From assembly GCA_963741205.1 (NCBI GenBank), contig CAVUHW010000008.1, forward strand, positions 160,001 through 224,000: DNA of 64,000 nt. The letters run 5' to 3'. This document shows, in pieces, positions 63,426 to 64,000 of the stretch. The stretch is from Nitrospirota bacterium. Lineage in GTDB: Bacteria > Nitrospirota > UBA9217. The notes under the pieces are model-generated. The model saw only the letters and a program-made list of their open reading frames with translations. It searched no databases and was not told the origin of the DNA. Position numbers and translations under genes: made by a program. Each line of letters begins with the position of its first letter. Within the stretch, counting starts at the first letter, position 1.

Positions 63426-64000
63426 ATGAATCAACCTGATTTCGATTTTGATGTTGTGGACCCGAAGGCAGCCGATCAGGCCGTTCCCGTTTATCCCGTT
63501 GCCCAGTGGCACAACGGGCAGCAGACCATGAAAGCCCTCGGGGGTGTGCAATTCACAGGCGGCGTGGTTTTACCGAAAAAATATCTGCCCGACGGCTTCA
63601 CGCTTGCCGGGTGGAAGGAGGAGCGAATCACGTTTCGCAGCGGCAGGGAGGAATCCGTGTTGACAGCACGCGAAGTCGCCCTGGCGCCGATACGGACGAG
63701 GTTCCGCTGGTTCGCCAGGCAGGGCAATGAAACCGCTTATTTCCCGCGTAACGCTTACGTCATGGGCGCGAACATGCGGGGGCATCTGCAGATGCTTGTT
63801 GCGGTGAAGGGCGTCACTGAACCAATTGTCATTACCTTCAAAGGCAAGGCATCGCAGGCGTTCGAGACGGCACTTAAGGATTTCTCGGCGAAAGTGGTGC
63901 AGGCGGCCAACCGTAAGGCGCCGAAAGGCAAAGCACTTCCTCGCTACGCGTTCTGGATGAGGATCTCACCGGGTCCGCACTCGAAGGCGGGAAGCGCCGG
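63426..64000 (+). CDS. hypothetical protein, truncated by the window end (not in the ORF track)
   Basis: RBS GGAGG; MNQPDFDFDVVDPKAADQAVPVYPVAQWHNG..RTRFRWF..HLQMLVAVKG..ITFKGKASQAF..LPRYAFWMRI stays open to 64000. Confidence 0.65.
   Translation, partial: MNQPDFDFDVVDPKAADQAVPVYPVAQWHNGQQTMKALGGVQFTGGVVLPKKYLPDGFTLAGWKEERITFRSGREESVLTAREVALAPIRTRFRWFARQGNETAYFPRNAYVMGANMRGHLQMLVAVKGVTEPIVITFKGKASQAFETALKDFSAKVVQAANRKAPKGKALPRYAFWMRISPGPHSKAGSA

Overview
Bacterial chromosomal window, GC-rich in coding regions. It most likely comes from a sulfur-cycling Nitrospirota-like organism; this is inferred from the DsrA/DsrD style and gene order, not tested. Many otherwise well-conserved genes carry single-base indels, so this looks like an unpolished long-read assembly, and split ORFs are treated here as single genes. 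Left to right: (1) a glucosylglycerate-type compatible-solute cluster (gpgP, internally deleted glycerate kinase, ggs-like, TM protein, gpgS), divergent from a sigma54-driven amtB-glnK operon; (2) an MBL-fold lipoprotein and capA; (3) a PerR oxidative-stress block (perR, two Cys-rich unknowns, sod, rubrerythrin, Fe-S flavoprotein); (4) a second sigma54-driven amt and ntrBC; (5) an scpA-HEAT-scpB-MinD/ParA-J-like/HTH operon; (6) uvrC, IMPase, an orphan MglA-like GTPase, ispDF, cysE and a DUF2844/DUF3443 pair; (7) a 12.5-kb dissimilatory sulfite reductase cluster dsrA-B-D-N-hyp-C-fdx-H-E-F-T-M-K-J-O-P-fdx, combining the reductive marker dsrD with a dsrEFH-like sulfur relay; (8) nfeD-slipin, rsmD, an EndoQ plus short UvrD pair, pcnB, rsmE, an RHH-PIN toxin-antitoxin pair and an unknown ORF running off the end. 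Intergenic spaces hold several families of small palindromic repeats, some nested. No rRNA, tRNA, CRISPR array or transposase was recognised. All family assignments come from recalled motifs; no database search was run.
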